Below, piece after piece: positions 62,253 to 64,000 of a stretch of DNA of 64,000 nucleotides. The notes under the pieces are model-generated. The model was not told where the DNA came from, did not search any database, and was given only the letters and a program-made list of their open reading frames with translations. Position 1 is the stretch's first letter. Every line of letters begins with the position of its first letter. The stretch is from Octopus sinensis (lineage: Eukaryota), in the NCBI RefSeq assembly GCF_006345805.1, contig NC_043010.1, positions 43,028,001 through 43,092,000 of the forward strand, in the 5' to 3' direction. Both the position numbers and the translations under genes were made by a program.

Positions 62253-62540
62253 AAGTGAATGCTTGTGGCTTAGTGGTTAGGAATATTCAGCTCTCAATCA
62301 TAAGGTCATGATTTCAATTCCCAGCCATGCATTGTATCCTTGAGCAAGATGCTTTATTTCACATTGCTCCAGTTCACTCAGCTGGCAAAAATGAATTGTA
62401 ATCCAATGGGCCAGCCTTGTCACATTCTGTGTCATGCTGAATCTCCTGAGAGCTATGTTATGTGTCTGTGGAGTGTTCAGCCACTTGCATGTTAATTTCA
62501 CAAGAAGGCTGTTCTGGTGATCAAATCAACTGGAACATTT
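62253..62540 (+). mobile_element. tRNA-headed SINE family D
   Basis: GTGGCTTAGTGGTTAGG...ATTTCAATTCCC head followed by TCCTTGAGCAAG...CCAGTTCACTCAGCTGGCAAAAATGA. Confidence 0.6.
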
Positions 62541-62685
62541 GTAACCAATGGAGTGCCATTTTTTTTTGTTTTTTTTTATATACACCACTGATGATCCAGC
62601 ACCTCTTTTATTCTAAGCATATTTATAAGTAGATCCTTGAATTCCTCACAACCCAAAAGACTAGTTTCTTGTATGTCATCTACAA

Positions 62686-62915
62686 TCATCATCATCATCA
62701 TCATCGTTTAACGTCCGTTCTCCATGCTAGCATGGGTTAGATGGTTCGACCAGGGATCTGGGAAGCCAGAAGGCTGCACCAGGCTCCGGTCTTATCTGGC
62801 AATGTTTCTACCGCTGGATGCCCTTCCTAACGCCAACAACTCCGTGAGTGTAGTGGGTGCTTTTTACGTGCCACCTGCACTGGTGCCAGTCGAGGCGGCA
62901 CTGGCTTTGGTGACT
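62686..62915 (-). mobile_element. RTE tail
   Basis: (CAT)n plus reverse tail. Confidence 0.85.
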
Positions 62916-63089
62916 GTTGCAGGTCCATTGAGTTTGGGAAATTTCTTGTCTTATTTTGCTAATATTTATCCTTTGTTATGGCTTCTAAGCACAGTATAAG
63001 TTTCAAAGGTGGTGTAAAGCATAAACACAAAAACATTAAATTATAATGAATAAAATAAACTTATCCTCATACACATGTCTATATATATA

Positions 63090-63403
63090 TATTACGGAGA
63101 TGTATTTGCATAGCGAGTGACTTGATTTGAGATTGTGTGCTGGAACGAAAACAATTGCACCGTGGAAGGTGTTTATAAGCCATTTAAGAAATGCACAAAA
63201 CCGTTAGATTCACTTCAAAATTTAAATTTAATTTGTCAAAATATTTTCGGCGCTTTGAGACTGCGACCTGTTCACTGACAAAACATCGCCGCAGTCTCAA
63301 AGCGATGAAAATATTTTGACAAATTAAATTAAAATTTTGAAGTGAATCTAACGGGTTTGTGTGTTTCTTAAATGGCTTATAAACACCTTCCATGCTGCAA
63401 TTG

Positions 63404-63405
<2 letters not shown>
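63090..63405. repeat. Fold-back element with 116-bp arms in (TA)n
   Basis: 63150-63265 vs 63290-63405 nearly complementary; unique 60-bp left extension. Confidence 0.85.
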
Positions 63406-63437
<32 letters not shown>

Positions 63438-64000
63438 GGCGGTGCCCCAGCATGGCCACAGCTCGTGAGCTGAAACTAGATAAAATAAAATTTTAAAAAA
63501 TAAAATATATAATCAGCAACAGCATTTAACATCCATTGTCCATGTTGACATGGATTGGACAGTTTGACATGATATGGTGAGCTACAAGGCTGTATCATAT
63601 GCCATGTCAGCTTTGGTGTGGCTTCTATGGCTAGATGCCCTTCCTAATGCCAACCACTTTACTGTGCGTATTGGGTGCTAGGTGGGGTTGCCAGGTAACT
63701 TGCAAGACAGGAAAAAGGGGATTGGAGAAATTACTTGAGAGGGTGGAGTGATTTTATGACGGGCAAATGGAGGTGTCTTGCTATGGAGAAGATACATGGC
63801 TACTCTGTGTTTATATAGGGTAGGAAGGAGCAAGTGGGTAGTGATGGGTTGTCAGAACAAAACCTTCAGAAAACTACAGATGTTACGGGCAGTGGATCAG
63901 GAAGGGAAGTAACAGGTAGAATATTTGGGTCAGCTATGGCCGTTTTTAATGCTAAAGGGTTAAGTCATGGATTCTGATAAACATCTAAATTTGTTTGAAT

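Overview
AT-rich, microsatellite-dense animal genomic DNA, most likely a coleoid cephalopod (Octopus-like). This is inferred from the SINE/RTE repertoire and single-exon C2H2 genes, not from a search. Most of the window is transposon-derived: tRNA-headed SINEs, RTE and CR1 LINEs (including a nearly full-length dead RTE hosting a CR1 with an uninterrupted 672-codon RT frame), a Ty3/Gypsy remnant with PPT and LTR, several Tc1/mariner, pogo and hAT relics, and TTAA-flanked MITEs. Clear host genes are two divergently oriented, paralogous C2H2 zinc-finger ORFs (39970-41439 minus; 58097-59344 plus). Three signals stand out. (1) A candidate minus-strand gene not in the ORF track: a signal-peptide exon followed by 18, 66, 24 and 76 nt exons, the first three phase-1 symmetric, which splice into a ~80-aa prepropeptide with an RLKR furin-type site. 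(2) Several unrelated fold-back mini-elements sitting in (TA)n tracts, three copies with complete or near-complete minimal hammerhead ribozyme cores (Penelope-like/retrozyme-like). (3) The first ZNF has a 12x CxxGH nonapeptide tail and seven consecutive Q(-1)/H(+3) fingers predicted to read (NGA)n, matching the (TGA)n tails of the abundant local RTE copies. Splice models, ribozyme activity and DNA-binding predictions are untested inferences; boundaries of decayed repeats are approximate.
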